A stretch of DNA of 63,441 nt, filler included, from Sphacelaria rigidula (lineage: Eukaryota), in NCBI GenBank assembly GCA_964200075.2. It is 9 parts of 9 records of this genome, joined end to end, with 100 filler letters (N's around TTAATTAATTAA, not from the genome) between each part and the next. Parts side by side here need not be neighbours in the genome. Positions count along the whole stretch, not along the records: positions 35,302 to 42,261 come from CAXNAA020017198.1; positions 42,362 to 49,321 come from CAXNAA020017199.1; 7 more parts are not named here. One strand, given 5' to 3'. Numbering within the stretch: the first letter of the stretch is position 1; each line of letters begins with the position of its first letter. Positions 35,640 to 49,200 of this stretch are shown one piece after another. Position numbers and translations under genes: made by a program. A model generated the notes under the pieces. That model worked only from the letters and a program-made list of their open reading frames with translations, searched no databases and was not told where the DNA came from.

Positions 35640-38600
35640 TTTATCTGTTACGATCGCGAGGGAGATCGAGATACAGCACTTTGTCACCAACAGGCTTGCC
35701 ATCAGGTGACGATGGCGAGGGCCCCACGATCAGAATCTTGAATGGTCCTTTCCGGTTAAGGGAGAGCTTAGGAGACTGTATCGTTGGCGGCTCTGTCGGC
35801 GCCGTGGCGGATGGTCGACAAACTGTTGTAAACCCAGACCCAATCGCCAACCTTCCAAGTAGGTCGTTTGTGAATCAGATTGTAGAGAGCATTGTTAGAC
35901 CTCTCAAGGCGCGAGGCGTTGATAGCATGTTGTTCACGCACGATAGTGAAAGCTTTGCGCTGGCGTGCACGCGCCACGTCATGTTAGGATATCTGATCCT
36001 GATCCAAGCCTTGGTGGCCATCGAAGGTGTGTCTCTCAAACACGGTGATGGGCAAACGGGGGTAGCGGCCGAGATGTAACTCGTTCGGAGAAAGACCGGT
36101 AGCAGCATTGACCGAGTTGTTATAGCATGACATGTGAGAGATGGAGATCCCAATCCTTTTGTCGATCGTACATGTGAGAGATGGAGATCCCAATCGTTTT
36201 GTCGATCACGACATGTGAGAGATGGAGATCCCAACCGTCTTGTCGATCGTTGACTCCCATAGATAGCATCTGGGACATGGTGTGGTCAACTCGTTCGGTA
36301 CCACCGTTAACATTAGGGTGGTAAGCGCTTGTGGCTATCTTCCGAATGCCCAGGAGCGTATACAGTTCGTCCGAGAGATCGGAGCAAAATTGCGGACCAT
36401 TGTCGGAGAGAAGCCGTTTCGGGCAACCATAGTGCTTGGTATAGTGGTGAACTAAGTTGTTAGCTGTGCCTGCGGCTGTGAAGTCTCCAGCGGTGACTCG
36501 TACATGGACGCATGGCGGCAAAAACGGTCGGTAAAGAGCAAGATGCAGGTGTTGCCACGGTCAGTGGGCGGTAACGGACCGAAGTAGTCGATAGACACGA
36601 GGTGACCAGGAGCGTTGGGAAGTGCCATATAAATGACTGGCCAACGTATTGTCTGCCGTGAGGTTTTGGGAGCTTGACACTTGAAGCATCGCCGACCCCA
36701 GAAGCGGGTTGACACTTCCATACCGACCCACCAGTAAAAACGTTCGAGTAACGCCAATGTGCGCGTGACACCAAGGTGGCAAGACAGGTAAGTGTGGCAG
36801 CCTTTCATTACCCACGGTCGCATCAAAAATGGGACATATATCCGAGTGGGTTCGTCGTCGAGTAGGCGTGCATGACGTCCAGTGGACGCGGGTGAAGTTA
36901 CACCCCGCTGGGGCGTAGGGCGGCGGACACGCAGTTCGATTCCGTCATCAGTCGTGAAGATGGTATAATTACGTGCAAGTACGTACACCTCAGCGGCTGT
37001 TGGTGGTGGCAGTATGCCAATCGGGGCCAATTCGTTGGCCGGGATGGATGCAGGACAGCCAGCACGGAGGCACCGCATGGTTGCGCGGCATAATGGTTCT
37101 GCTTGTTGTTCACGAGCCCAATCACGATGGGAGTAACTAGCGAGAAAGGCGCGCAGTTGGCCTTCCGTCGGAGAGCCGACCAGACATGGTGGCTCAGGAA
37201 CCTGCGGAACAGGCGACGGTGGGGAGGTGCCAACGTCGATGTGTACATCGGGAGCATCAGAAGGGATGGGCACTGACGGAGCCGCGGCGGGCGGTGTTGT
37301 CGCAGTAGTGCGCGCCGGAGATCGCGCTGGGCGCCTGTTGTGAGAACTGCGCGTGGCGGGTGTTGTCAAGGCTCGTGGTGCGGTGTTGCGGGGAGCCGGC
37401 GCTATGCTGCTCGCAGGAGCAGTAGGTGTTGTCGATGGCGGCGGGGCGCGGGGAGGGTTAGCGCGGGCGGCAGACCGAGAGCGCGTATTGTCGAAAATGA
37501 GATGGACAACTGGAGATGGTGAAATTGAAATATTTGCGGGGGGACCGATAGTACGGAAATCGGCGAAATCGTCGTCTGTGGGTTTCGCCATACGGTAGGG
37601 GGCGAGGGCCGTCCATGTGCATACCCGTTCCTGGGCAATGAAGGTCAAGGGCGTACATGGCCGTTGATAAACGCCGGATAGGGTACACGCGGGGTTCATC
37701 GGGTTCAGTTAGTCGGCAAGCGGGGCTGAAATCGACAGCCCTTGGAAGGAGGGGCAGGCGGCAGAGAAGGTCAGCATTCCCGTTGGTTTTGCCAGGGCGG
37801 TATTTGACAGAATACTGATACGCTGTCAGGAACTCCGACCCGCGTTGCACACGCGGGTTATGTTCGCCCACTTTGGTGAGTTGTTCAAGTGCTCCGTGAT
37901 CCGTGTAGATTTGGAAAGACATATGGAACAAATATTGTCGAAGGCGTTTTATGGCTCAAGTGATGGCCCCGCCTTCCAGCTCCGGTGGACTCCAGTTGGC
38001 CTCGTTTGGCAGGGTGGCGCGACTAATAAAGAGGATGGGTCGAATAGAGCCATCGAGTTGAGGCTGATTCAGGACCGCGCCGCACCCGTCGGTGCTCGCG
38101 TCTGTATGCAGTTGAAAGAGGCGAGAACCGTCTTGTACGGCATCCCAACCTGGGAAACAAAAGACCGGTTTTTCGGTGAGCGTTTTCAGCAAGTCGCCCA
38201 CGATAGCTTCCATGTCTTTGGTGAAGACAAACGCGGCGCCTTTCTTAAGCAAGTCCGTAATGAGATGAATCCGTTTGGACAGGTCAGGCAGAAATTTGCG
38301 ATAGTAGGACAGTCCACCCAATATTGAGCGGAGCTGAATAATGTTCGTGGGCATCGGCAATTCAGTCATTGCCCTGACTTTGCTGGTTTTGAGGTGTAGA
38401 CCCGCCGGTAAAATTGAGTGTCTCAGGAAATCCAAATCAGTCACGCTAAGGCAAGCTTTGGATCGAGACAGTTTCAAATCGTGCTTTCGCAGACTGCTGC
38501 CGAGATAGCCCCCCCACGAATCGGCCAAAAACGTGCACGCAGGCAATGATCATAAAGGCCGTTAGAGCTGCTTTCTTTCTGCACATCGCGACTCACTTGG

Positions 38601-40240
38601 GCGTTCTCGCTGATTTTGGACTGCTACACGCCTCTCATGTGGGCGAACTTCCTGAAATTGAGCCCAATCGTGGGATCGCAGCTGGTTTGTCGGACGGTGT
38701 TCAGTGCACTTTTTGTGGGGGGGCTATCTCGGCATTAGTCCTCAGTCGAGAAAGAAACTCTCGTAAGGTGTGCAAATGCGCAAGAGGGGAGGCATCGAAT
38801 GCGATAGCGTCGTCCAAGTACATGATGACGTGTTCGAGATTCTCGGTAACGCGTTGCATTACGCGTTGGGCACAACCTGGTGCAGTGGCTGCACCTTGTG
38901 GCATGCTGAGCCATTCGTAGAGCCCAGACGATGTAAAGAACGCCGTCAGTGGGACTATATCAGGGTGGATGGCATTCTGGAAAAATCCAGAAGCAAGGCC
39001 GAAGGTATTGAATATTTTATCGTCGCCTAGAGAGTCGAAGACTTCACTTATGCGAGGAATGAGAAGTTTTCCCACTACAGTAATGCGATTTAGCCGTTGA
39101 CAATTCACGGTGATGCGTATGTTGCCATCCTTTTTGGGGACTACCACTAGCGGTGAGGCCCACGGAGTAGAGGATTGTTAGATTAATCCGGCACCTCAGT
39201 AAGCATCTAAAATGGCGTCAACTTCTTTGGTAAGGATGGGGTTCGTCCGATACGGTCGAGGAATTGGCGAAACGCCAGGTCGAAGGGGGTGATTCCAAAG
39301 GGCAGCGGTTTGCAATGCCCCAGATCCGTTTTGGATCGAGAAAATCGATCTTGGTACTCCAATAAAACGTCGCTCAATTCTTTGATTACAGCGGGTCCCC
39401 AACCGGGTCCATGTAGGTCAAAGTTGATGTCACGTAGATGGGGTGGAAGTCGATTCCACATGGGCAAGAAACGGACGGGTTTTCGAGATTCTGGTGATAG
39501 GCGTTGCAGCACTTCAGCACGAGGGTCGGACGTTGACGGTGCAGGGTCCACGGTGTGGATACGTAATGGAGACAAAGAGGCTACGTCGAAGTAAGGCTCA
39601 TCGACGCAATTGACAGAACCGTCTGTCGGAGGCGCCGAGTTGGGCGTCGAGGGCTTAGTGGCACATGTCTCAAGTGGAATGTGCATGAGGGGAGCAGCAG
39701 CGATACCAAAAACATCTCCGGGTTCCAAGTTAGTATGACCCGTGAGGGACAAACGTTGTTTTCCTGCGGAGACAAAGTGTTCTGTACCGGCAGGCGCACC
39801 AACCCGAGGAAGCTTTTCAGCGAAGCAATATCCCGTAAGGGCAGGCATGCCATTACGGCGGACGAGGGCCACTTCTAGCAGTTGAGGATCATCGGAGGGG
39901 GTAACACCAGAGGTACCATCGTATCGGAGGTGGTAAGCAGCTCCGGTAGCTTGTTCTTTTTTTTTATAAACCAAGGCGCCGTCAAGAGTACCCAAATGTT
40001 CAAGGTTGACTTCTCCACGAGGCGCAGACGGCGGTGATAATGGTGGTAGCGTGCGGTAGGTGCGTTGATCAAACCGCATGTAACTATCACGGCCCATGAG
40101 TAAGGCGTGAGCCATGGTGCTGTCGGGGAAAACATACACAGGTGGAAAAATAGCACCCTGTGGGGCACGTCTACAGGGTTCAGGGAACCTGTGCAGTGTT
40201 TCTCGCGCGGATCTGGCTGTAGGGTGTGTTTTGCGCCCCA
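35640..40240 (-). mobile_element. Ty3/gypsy pol pseudogene (PR-RT-RNaseH-IN order)
   Basis: LLMGRD (protease end); MPQGA..IMYLDD (RT); LHTDAST..ELE..YTDH (RNase H); H..H..CFKC, IDYFGP, LSDNGPQF, NGGTER, GPFKI (integrase). A 39-bp segment is triplicated at 36128-36250. Confidence 0.93.
38492..38740. mobile_element. 250-bp TIR element with 4-bp TSD, copy 2 (opposite orientation)
   Basis: GACTGCTGCCGAGATAG / CTATCTCGGCATTAGTC; TSD CGCA/CTCA. Removing it restores FLSRLRKHDL. Confidence 0.85.
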
Positions 40241-43200
40241 CAGGTTGCTTTACAGGGTTTCAGGGAAACTGTGCAGGGTTTCTCGCGGGAAGTTGACTGT
40301 AGGGTATTATTTTGTGCTACACAGGGCGCTTCACAGGGTTTCGTCACTCCGTGTAGAATGCATCGCTGTTAACCCGTCTGGACCCCTCCCCTCCTGTGCC
40401 CTGGCCAAACGCCGTATTATGAGAAGCCCTGACGAAGACGAAAATATGGAAACAGAAAAGGCCGACGGCAACCATTTTTATATTGGAAGACCGAGGAAGA
40501 ATGTCCTCCCTGGAAAGATCGGGTGAGGTTTGTCCAATCATACCACGCCACGGATGAGGTGTGTCCAATTGTATCTATCGACAATAATCAGCAGAGCCAC
40601 TATGAAACATTCCGTTAAAGAAACAGCAGTGGGGCCCAGGGTCCAATCAGGCACATCGGTATATCAGCATTTCCGCATTTGCAGGTAAGGAAAGCACCGC
40701 TTTGACGGGTTGCAGCATCGGATGGCAAGTCTACCAAGCCACACCATATATACAAAATAGCATGGCTGACCCCAGCGAAATCCCGTCATCAAATTTTGAA
40801 GGTAAAGCAGGTTGTGCGAGTGGTACATGGCGGGCGTAATCGCAGGCATCCGAACAGGCGATATACATGTACACGGGAGGGACCCGATGGACACCGCCTA
40901 TCGTAATCAGGCCAGATGACAAACAGTACAACCAGTAAATACAGTAGGTTACAGTATTGACTTGCGCCTACACTCCGTGCAAGATAAATATGGGCATGTC
41001 GTGAAAAGTCGGCAATGAGAGTACACGGCACGAGACAATAGCGGTAGCCGGCGTCATGAGTCTCATGCAGCATGAAGTATGTCTATGCAACGGTCGGGAA
41101 CGATCAACCCGCGGTATAGATGTGGTAGGGCAACTGTGCCTTTTGCTACGCCGTTGTGTATAGTCAGCCCGAAGTAATTTTGTTGTCGGCACGTACTTGG
41201 CAGAGTGCAGTTCTGTGCATGCCCTGCGTTCCACAGAGATATTTTTAAAATACAATGCAGACATGACACGAAGCAGCGAGGTATCACCCCTGGAGCGACG
41301 GCACTTGGCAAACTCTACACCACAGTGACGGTGCATAACTGCAGGACATATGGCGTCTGCGTCGCCTTTACCCTTTTTTCAAATGGCGGAATAGTGCTGT
41401 CGGAACGTGCATGAGCGCGATGTTGTGCATGACGTGAGTCTGCAGTCAAGATTACCCCAAACTGCTGTAAACACACCCAGTACTGTATAGGGCAGTGTCG
41501 CAGCACCCCCCGTGGCACGGAAAGATGACTGCCTGGGATTATACTTCCTCTGTGCCATAAGTAAATGTCCTTATGTTTACACAGACCTTCAGCGGTGTCC
41601 GATGCCGCCGGCGACAATTTTTTTTAAAATGGTTGGAGTTTTTTTGTTAAAGTCCGTTTTTTTTTGTTGCACGCACCACCCCGCGTGCATGAGCGGCCAA
41701 GGAAAAACCAGTCGGCCTGAAAAAGGCCGTATTTTGCAGGTATTTTGCCCCCCTCCAGGGCGGGGCACTGACAAAAACAAGAGGAAAAAACCAAGGATTA
41801 TACCTGACCCAAAACCTAGCCCCCCCCTCTACTCAACGACCCACGACGCGCCCCCATACTAAAAACAGTATACTAGTGAAACCCCACACTAAAACCACGG
41901 CAATTCTCATAAAAGTTCTCAAATATATCCCAGAAAACCCGCCAAAATTCCCAATATTCGACACACTATTTCTCAGTAATTACGAATCGGATTCAACTTC
42001 TTTTTTTTGAGGTACCCTCAAATCCATAGCTTTTCAACAAGCCTATCGGTAGTATCGTGAGTGACTAGGTTGGCGAGATATGATTTGTACCCCATAAGAA
42101 CCTTTACTTATGGCACAGAGGAAGTATTCCGCCAGTTCATACATAATTTAGCGAATGTGCCATCGGCGTTGCCCCTGTTGCTATGACACTGCAAATAGTA
42201 TAAAACAGGGTTGCCAGAAACATGAGAACGTATTTTGAAATGAGAATCAACCGCTCCCCGGNNNNNNNNNNNNNNNNNNNNNNNNNNNNNNNNNNNNNNN
42301 NNNNNTTAATTAATTAANNNNNNNNNNNNNNNNNNNNNNNNNNNNNNNNNNNNNNNNNNNNACATACATACATACGTACATACATACATACATACATACA
42401 TACATACGTACATACATACATACTTACGTACTTACATAAACTGACCACGGCTGGGTTCCTGGGCGATCAGTTAATATGCGACCGCTAATCAATTAAAAAC
42501 CCCTCAGGACGTATATGCTTGTGCTCTTTTTCGCCGTTTTAATGCATGATGATTTACCTCGCTGCTGGATTCCAAGATGTGGAGGAGCTTCACCAGTGGC
42601 ATGTACAAAAGGCGGATGCACACCCTTGCTTTGCTCTCGTTCCACGTGAAGAATCGGTGAGAAACAACAACACCCATTTGTGTGTATTTTTTGTGTTTGG
42701 TCATGGTCCACATCACTATTTTGCTTTTTTGGCCTTTGGGTGGTTAACTAACCGGTGTGCTTGGTTTTTGGTCATCTTGTCCACCCGTGTTTGAGTTTTG
42801 GTTATGTTGATGGTCCGTCCGTGTTTGGTTTTTCGGTCATGATCCATGCTGTTTTTCTTGTTTTTCTTGTTGTTGCTTTTGTTTTCTTGCTGTTCTTGTT
42901 CCCGTTCTCGTTTTTCATCCCGTCATGTTCGCTCAATCTTTTGAACCCGTGGTCACAGAGTGCAAAATTGCACGGAGACCACCGAACACGTGTCTGTTCG
43001 TAGTCCGTAGTCCGTAGTCCGTAGTCCGTGTGGAAGGGTCGATGAAAGATAATGAGCACCGTACAGTTTCCGGCTTTCAAATTTTGCCAACGTTCGGCCG
43101 ACGTTTGAAAATATCGACACGACAGATTGATTACAACGGCAAAGGCCCACGAAGCCCGGTTCATACACGAGGCAGGCTGCGGGTACGAGTATGTAGTTTT

Positions 43201-46200
43201 AAGAAGTTGCTCCCCTTCCAGAATACAACATCAAACTTCCCCCCCTCCTCACCGCCCCCCCCCTCCACCACTAGCAATGGTCTGATGACTATGGCATGCA
43301 TGATCATGAGTACACCCTCCACCACTAGCCTGGTCCGGCAAAAACGTGGCGTGCTCTGTCCCAGCTTTGTGGGGACGGTCACCCCCTATGAGGTTGGCGT
43401 CAGTTGGCAATGACGTTGTAAATCATGCCCCTCACTGCGTAAGCTAGGCAACCAGGTTACCATTTTGTTTTGCGCGCTTGCGTTTTTATTTGCGGTAACC
43501 ATGATATTGGTCGAACTAGATCATATTGTGCGGGGTGGGAGAACCTCAATTCCGTGCAGACGGGATGATCATGATGGGCAGTGTTCCAATATACCAGAAA
43601 TAAAGGAGCTCATTGGAGGTTATCATCCGTATGCAAGATAATCAGTACGCTTCGGATCGGACATCCTGAACAAGATGCAGGTCACCCTTGATACAACTCG
43701 TCGAACATACCACGGCGCTTCGCGCTTGTTGATTGAGTGCGAGCCTGGTCCGGAGAAAAACCGGCGTGCTCCGCCCCGGCTTTGTAGGGATGCGAGATCA
43801 ATGGTCTCATGGCTACGATGGCATGCGAGATGACGAGTCCCCCCCCTCCCCCTCCCCGTCTTCCTATCCGTGCCAACGGGCGCCCTCCATGTGCCCCTCG
43901 TTAAGGAACAAGATCCTGCTGTTGAGGCGATGACGGAAGTGACGGAGGAAGGGAAAAAGGTGGCAAGGATGGGGGGACAAAAATACTGGGCTGTGTACAG
44001 GTACGACACAAGGATTGCTCGCGCATATGCGCCCATCGTCACGACCTAGATACAGTCGTAGTAGTGGTGGGAGAGGGGAATAACTCCCCCCCCCCCCCCC
44101 CCCCCCCTCCCCTTTCCCCCCCACCTCCCCCCCCCGTTGTCGCCTCCGCCCCCTGTCTTGGGAGGGGGGGGGCCGGTGTGGACCCCGNNNNNNNNNNACA
44201 GGCGTAGTAGTGGTGGGAGAGGGGAATACCCCCCCCCCCCCCCCCTACTCCCCTTCCCCTTCTCCCCGAACCTTCCCACCGTTTGGTGCACTACGTCACG
44301 TGTCTTGGAATGGGGGTTGCCGGTCTGAAGCCTGCAAGGGTGCACCCTTTCCGTTTTACAGAATAGCATGCATTCAAGGTTGTGTTCTGTAGGGTACGGG
44401 TACGGCCTGTAGGGTATGAGATTCCTTACAGAACTTATAGAACCGTCGGGTACCGGTATGAAAGTCTTACAGAGTTTACAGAAATGTCAGGTACCGGTAT
44501 GAAAGTCTTGAAGAAATTACAGAACTATCGGGCACGGTATGAGAGGCTTACAGAAAATCGGTACCGGCAATCGGGTAACTCTGTAGGGTACATCCGCCCC
44601 TCGGGTTGGGGCTAATATTTTGTACAGAACTCACAGAATTGTCGGGTAAGGGTATGGGAGGCTTACACATCCCAGAGAAACTGTCGGGTAGGATATGGAG
44701 GTTACACAGACAACCGTACCCGCAACCGGGTATCTTATCAAGAGCATACCCGTGCCCCCCGGTAACGGCATGGGAGGCTTACAGAACTCACAGAACTATC
44801 GGGTACGGGTATGAAGGTCTTACAGAGATCACAGAACTGTCGGGTACCGGTGTGGAAATCTTACAGAGTTTACAGAACTGTCGGGTACAGTAAATACCCA
44901 GCAAAATACCCCGGGTTTACAGAAAACCGTACCCTACAAAACACACTACCTTGGTATTATTATCAGCCCTGTGGTGGGACCTACTGTACGTCACTACAAC
45001 AGTGGCGAAAAACAGACGACAGTTCACGAAAACTCTGAACGGCTTCACGGGGTTGATATAGAAAGACTACACGAACAATCGCAGTAGCACATCTGCACGG
45101 GATTGTCAACATCTATCATCGGCTTCACGTACACTCCCAGAGAGTACATGAAGAAGCATTCACGGCTGCCCGTTCTCTGCAAGCTCTTCGGCATGCGACA
45201 AAATCGCCGACGGCCTTGACGACAATCGGTGACAGCTCATACTTTGTGCTGTACATGTCGATACTGGCCTGGGGTTCGATGACCACGACACAACCACCAT
45301 CAACGTCGATGACGTGCGTCTTGCTGCTTCATCCTCTGGTGGCGCAGATGAACCACCCCGGCTCGAGCCACCACTCGAGTCTAGGGTAATCCATCCTGAC
45401 GGTCTGAAGGGCTGCTCATGTTTCGTGTCTCCACTCAGCGGTACCTCGTATCCCGTCAACTCCCGAAGTAAAGAACTTTTCAAATTGAGTTGTTGTTGGT
45501 GTGCAGTTTTGAATGAAGGAAGTGGGTGGATTGATCGGTGGGAGGTACATGTTCAGGTTTCAGGTCATGGGGTTGTGTTTGGATTGAACCATAATCCGTA
45601 CCTCCCCAAGGTGTGTACCTGTGCTCATACCTGCAATCGGGTATATCTATAACGGTATACCCTAACCCCCGGTAAGGGTATGGGAGGCTTGCAGAGCTCA
45701 CAGAACTGTCGGGTACCGGTTCTGAATAAAAGTCTTACAGAAATTATAGAACTTGTCGGGTACGGTATGGGAGGCTTACAGAAACCGGTATCGGCAATCG
45801 GGTGTTTATTAAAAAACATACCCGCGCTCCGGGTACGGGTAAAGATTGTGTACATAACTCACAGAACTGTCGGGTAAGGGTATGGGAAGCTTATGCAGAA
45901 CTCACAGAAACTATCGGGTGGGGTATCGAGGTTGCACAGAAAACCGTACCCGCAATCAGGTACCTTGCCAAGGGCGTATCCGTGCCCCCCGGTAACGGTA
46001 CGGGGATATTCCAGAGATTACACGACTATCGGGTACGGGTGTGAAAATCGTACAAATATTACAGAACTGTCGGGTGCCGGTATAAAAGTCTTACAGAAAT
46101 CACAGAACTGTCGGGTACGGAAAATATCCGGCAAAATACCCCGGGTATACAGAAAACCGCACCCTACAGATCACAACCTGGGATGCATCGCTCTCACCTA

Positions 46201-49200
46201 CGCATGGAATAATGAAGGTGGTACCATTTGGTGACCGTCGGAAATCGCAGTAGCAGAAGTGCCAAGTGAACGTTAAGTACTTTCTCGTGTTTCATCTTTT
46301 ACAGAGATTGCGAAGTTTTACCTGTGCGTGTATATATAATATATATTTGTGTGTATGCGCAAGATCTTTTCCACCTGGAGCCATGTGGCAGTAGCCGGAA
46401 AATGTCTACTTTTTGGTCCCAGTTTTTCTTCTCGTGTAGTGTACTCTCTTTCTCTGTCTTATATCGCTGTTTTTTTTTACTTCGCTTTAGCGAGTGTTTC
46501 TGTTTCGTTTACCTCGGGTACTCACTGTCCGTCTATCATGTAGGTAATGACCAATCACAGCTGGGTCTCTCGAGGATCAGTTATTGTACGACAGTCGAGC
46601 AGACAATCTACCACACTCTGGACTAAAGATTTACAGTCAAAAAGTGTACTGCGTACAGTATGGAATCTATTGTCTATTGCAACAGACGCAACAGTCGGTA
46701 CTGTAAGCAGTACACTTTTCGACAATGTAACATGTTGTCATTATCCATCCACCCATCCATCCGTTCATCAATATGTACAGTTATATATATGTTTATTTTT
46801 ATTTTTCGTCACAGTGTTCGCCACTTTATTTCCTTGGGGACGATATCGTAGTGGGAAGAGATCGACGCATCTTTCCCTCGGTGCAGTGCATGCATCACTT
46901 TGTTTTTGGCGGTCGCGATATTGGATCGGTACGTCGGCATCGAGCCATCACTCAATCGTTGATAAACGTCCCCACATCCAAAAATCTTCACGCCCCGGTA
47001 GTGGAATGTTACAAGGCTGTGTGTTCTGTTTAGATAGAGTATACCCGAAAGTGGAGGATTTTCAGTTGGCATACCATGCCGAAATGTGTACCGAAACATT
47101 CCTGTACGGTCCTATTTTCGTGAGATTGAGGGTACGGTAGAGGGCACGATCGAGAGTGAGAAGCGGGCAATTCATGAATTAATCGTTTCAGTTCCGAAAT
47201 GACCCTCCACGAGGCCCGATGCGCTTACTGTAGTAGCTTGCCACTGAAGCCGTTGATACCCCTGAGTAGGATGTCGACGTGTAGCTGTAGGCACACGCTA
47301 GTGTTACGGGCAAAGGAAGCACGCACGAAATGAAAAATTGGTCGAATCAAAGCCAGGGATAAAACCCACGCTTAATCAACGCTCTACTCCCAATCTGACG
47401 AAAACATCATTGAGGGCATTTGCCGATAAAGTACCTCTCTTTTGTTCTGTAAAAACCTGAATATCAATTGGAATACCCTACAGAGCACGACTATGAGATG
47501 TTATACACCCTAGACAATGAATATATATATATATATATATGTATATGGTGAATAGTTGTAATAAACGAAAAATGTACTGCGTCAAGTATAGGCCTGTTGC
47601 AAATTTCCACCATGTTTTTGTCCAGGGTGTGGAATGATACAAGTGAATGCCGTTCTGTATGTCGTGAGAGTATGGATTCGATTCCTAGTAGGTACAGTCA
47701 TTTTTATTATTTTTTTGTCAGAAGGAGATTCCCATAGTTGAACACGTGAGGACACGAGTAGTAGCAGCGGCAGTTTATGTGGCGACGGTCGACCCGGTGC
47801 GGAAGTGCTGATTGTCATGATCCAATCCGCAATGATACCAGAATGTATGCAATAGTAGCACCGAGGGGCAGAGATAGGCTGGTTGATTCCTCTAGACCAC
47901 GGACTCGTCCCCAGGGAGGGGAGAGAGGCTCAATGCATGACGAAATCATCACATAAAGCAGGGGATATGTATCTTCTTCGACGGTGCACCTGGATATATT
48001 TCTTCAGCGAGTGAGTGTTTCAGTTTTATTTTTTCTTGGGTGCGTCTATCATGTGACCACAGCTCGGTCCCTGGGGGGTCAATTGAAGTGCGACAATCAA
48101 TCAATCAATCAATCAATCAAGCAGTCAGTCAGTCAAACTGTACCACGTGCATTTCTCTCATATGGTGTTGTGAAGTGTCGGCGAGGCAAATCTCCTGAGA
48201 GCATGGCGGCGCGTGCACTGCACCAAGGTGACAGGGGGTTTGAGTGGGTCGGACCCCCACACTACCTTGAGCAAAGCTTGCGAACGCTCCGGGCGCCTGC
48301 TCCCATGACTACCGCGAGGCAGTCTAGCCGAGCCTCCGAGTAATTGACACACGAACCTGCTTGCGGGGTAAGAATTGGCTCAGGTTTCCTCTTCCCTTCC
48401 TTCGAGGGGGAGAAAAGAAGAAAATGTGCTGCCTTGGATGTTTTAGGTTGTTTTTAGATGAAAGCGTTCATAATTCCTCCGTGGCGGGTGTGCGGTACTC
48501 GTTTCAGCTCCGAACAACGGGGTGTGTGTTTCGGGCACTCAAATAATAGTAAATCTCCATTCACACAGGACGAAGCAGTGGTCTTTATCCGCCGGTGATT
48601 TTTTTACAGTCTTTCGGTTGTCTTTTTTAACGTGCGCTACTATTACTGTTGTGCGCGCCGAAAAAGGGGGGAAAACCTTGATCGAGGCATGTACACATTG
48701 ATTGACTGATTGATTAGTTGATTAATGGATTGTCGCACATTCACCGATCCGCCAGGGATGCAGCCGTGGTCATTTGATAGACTTACCCGAGATAAAACAA
48801 CACTGTCTATATACATATACATGTGTGTGTGCCTACTTTTATTTCGGGCGTTTGTATTTCAATTTTGATTTGTCCCGGGTACGTCTATCATGTTACCACG
48901 GCTGGATCCCTGGGGGGTCGGTTAAAAAGTGCGACAATCAATCAATTCCGAGTCCTTGTATTCCTCTCGAGCTTTTTCTCCATAACCCTGGTTCTATCCG
49001 CCGCTCCTGCACTTACGTCGTGTCCATGCCAATGTTCTTTTATTATCAGTTTTTTTTTATTTCATTATTTTTGTTACAGTATGTTACATACGTCGGACGA
49101 GCACGAGTGTGACTCGTGGCGCAAGCACTCCTTGGGCTACTCGTTGGCCGTAGAAATGAATAGGGCGAGCACTCGAGTCATTGCTCGTTGCGGAAATAAT

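Noticed and set aside
40425..40460. CTGACGA..GAAA hammerhead ribozyme core
   Set aside because: No pairing stems could be formed here or at the other CTGANGA sites I checked.
44375..46180. Regularly recurring ACAGAACTGTCGGGTA motif as a repeat-spacer array
   Set aside because: The motif is enclosed by TIRs and shared by three MITE copies; the intervening sequences are themselves homologous.
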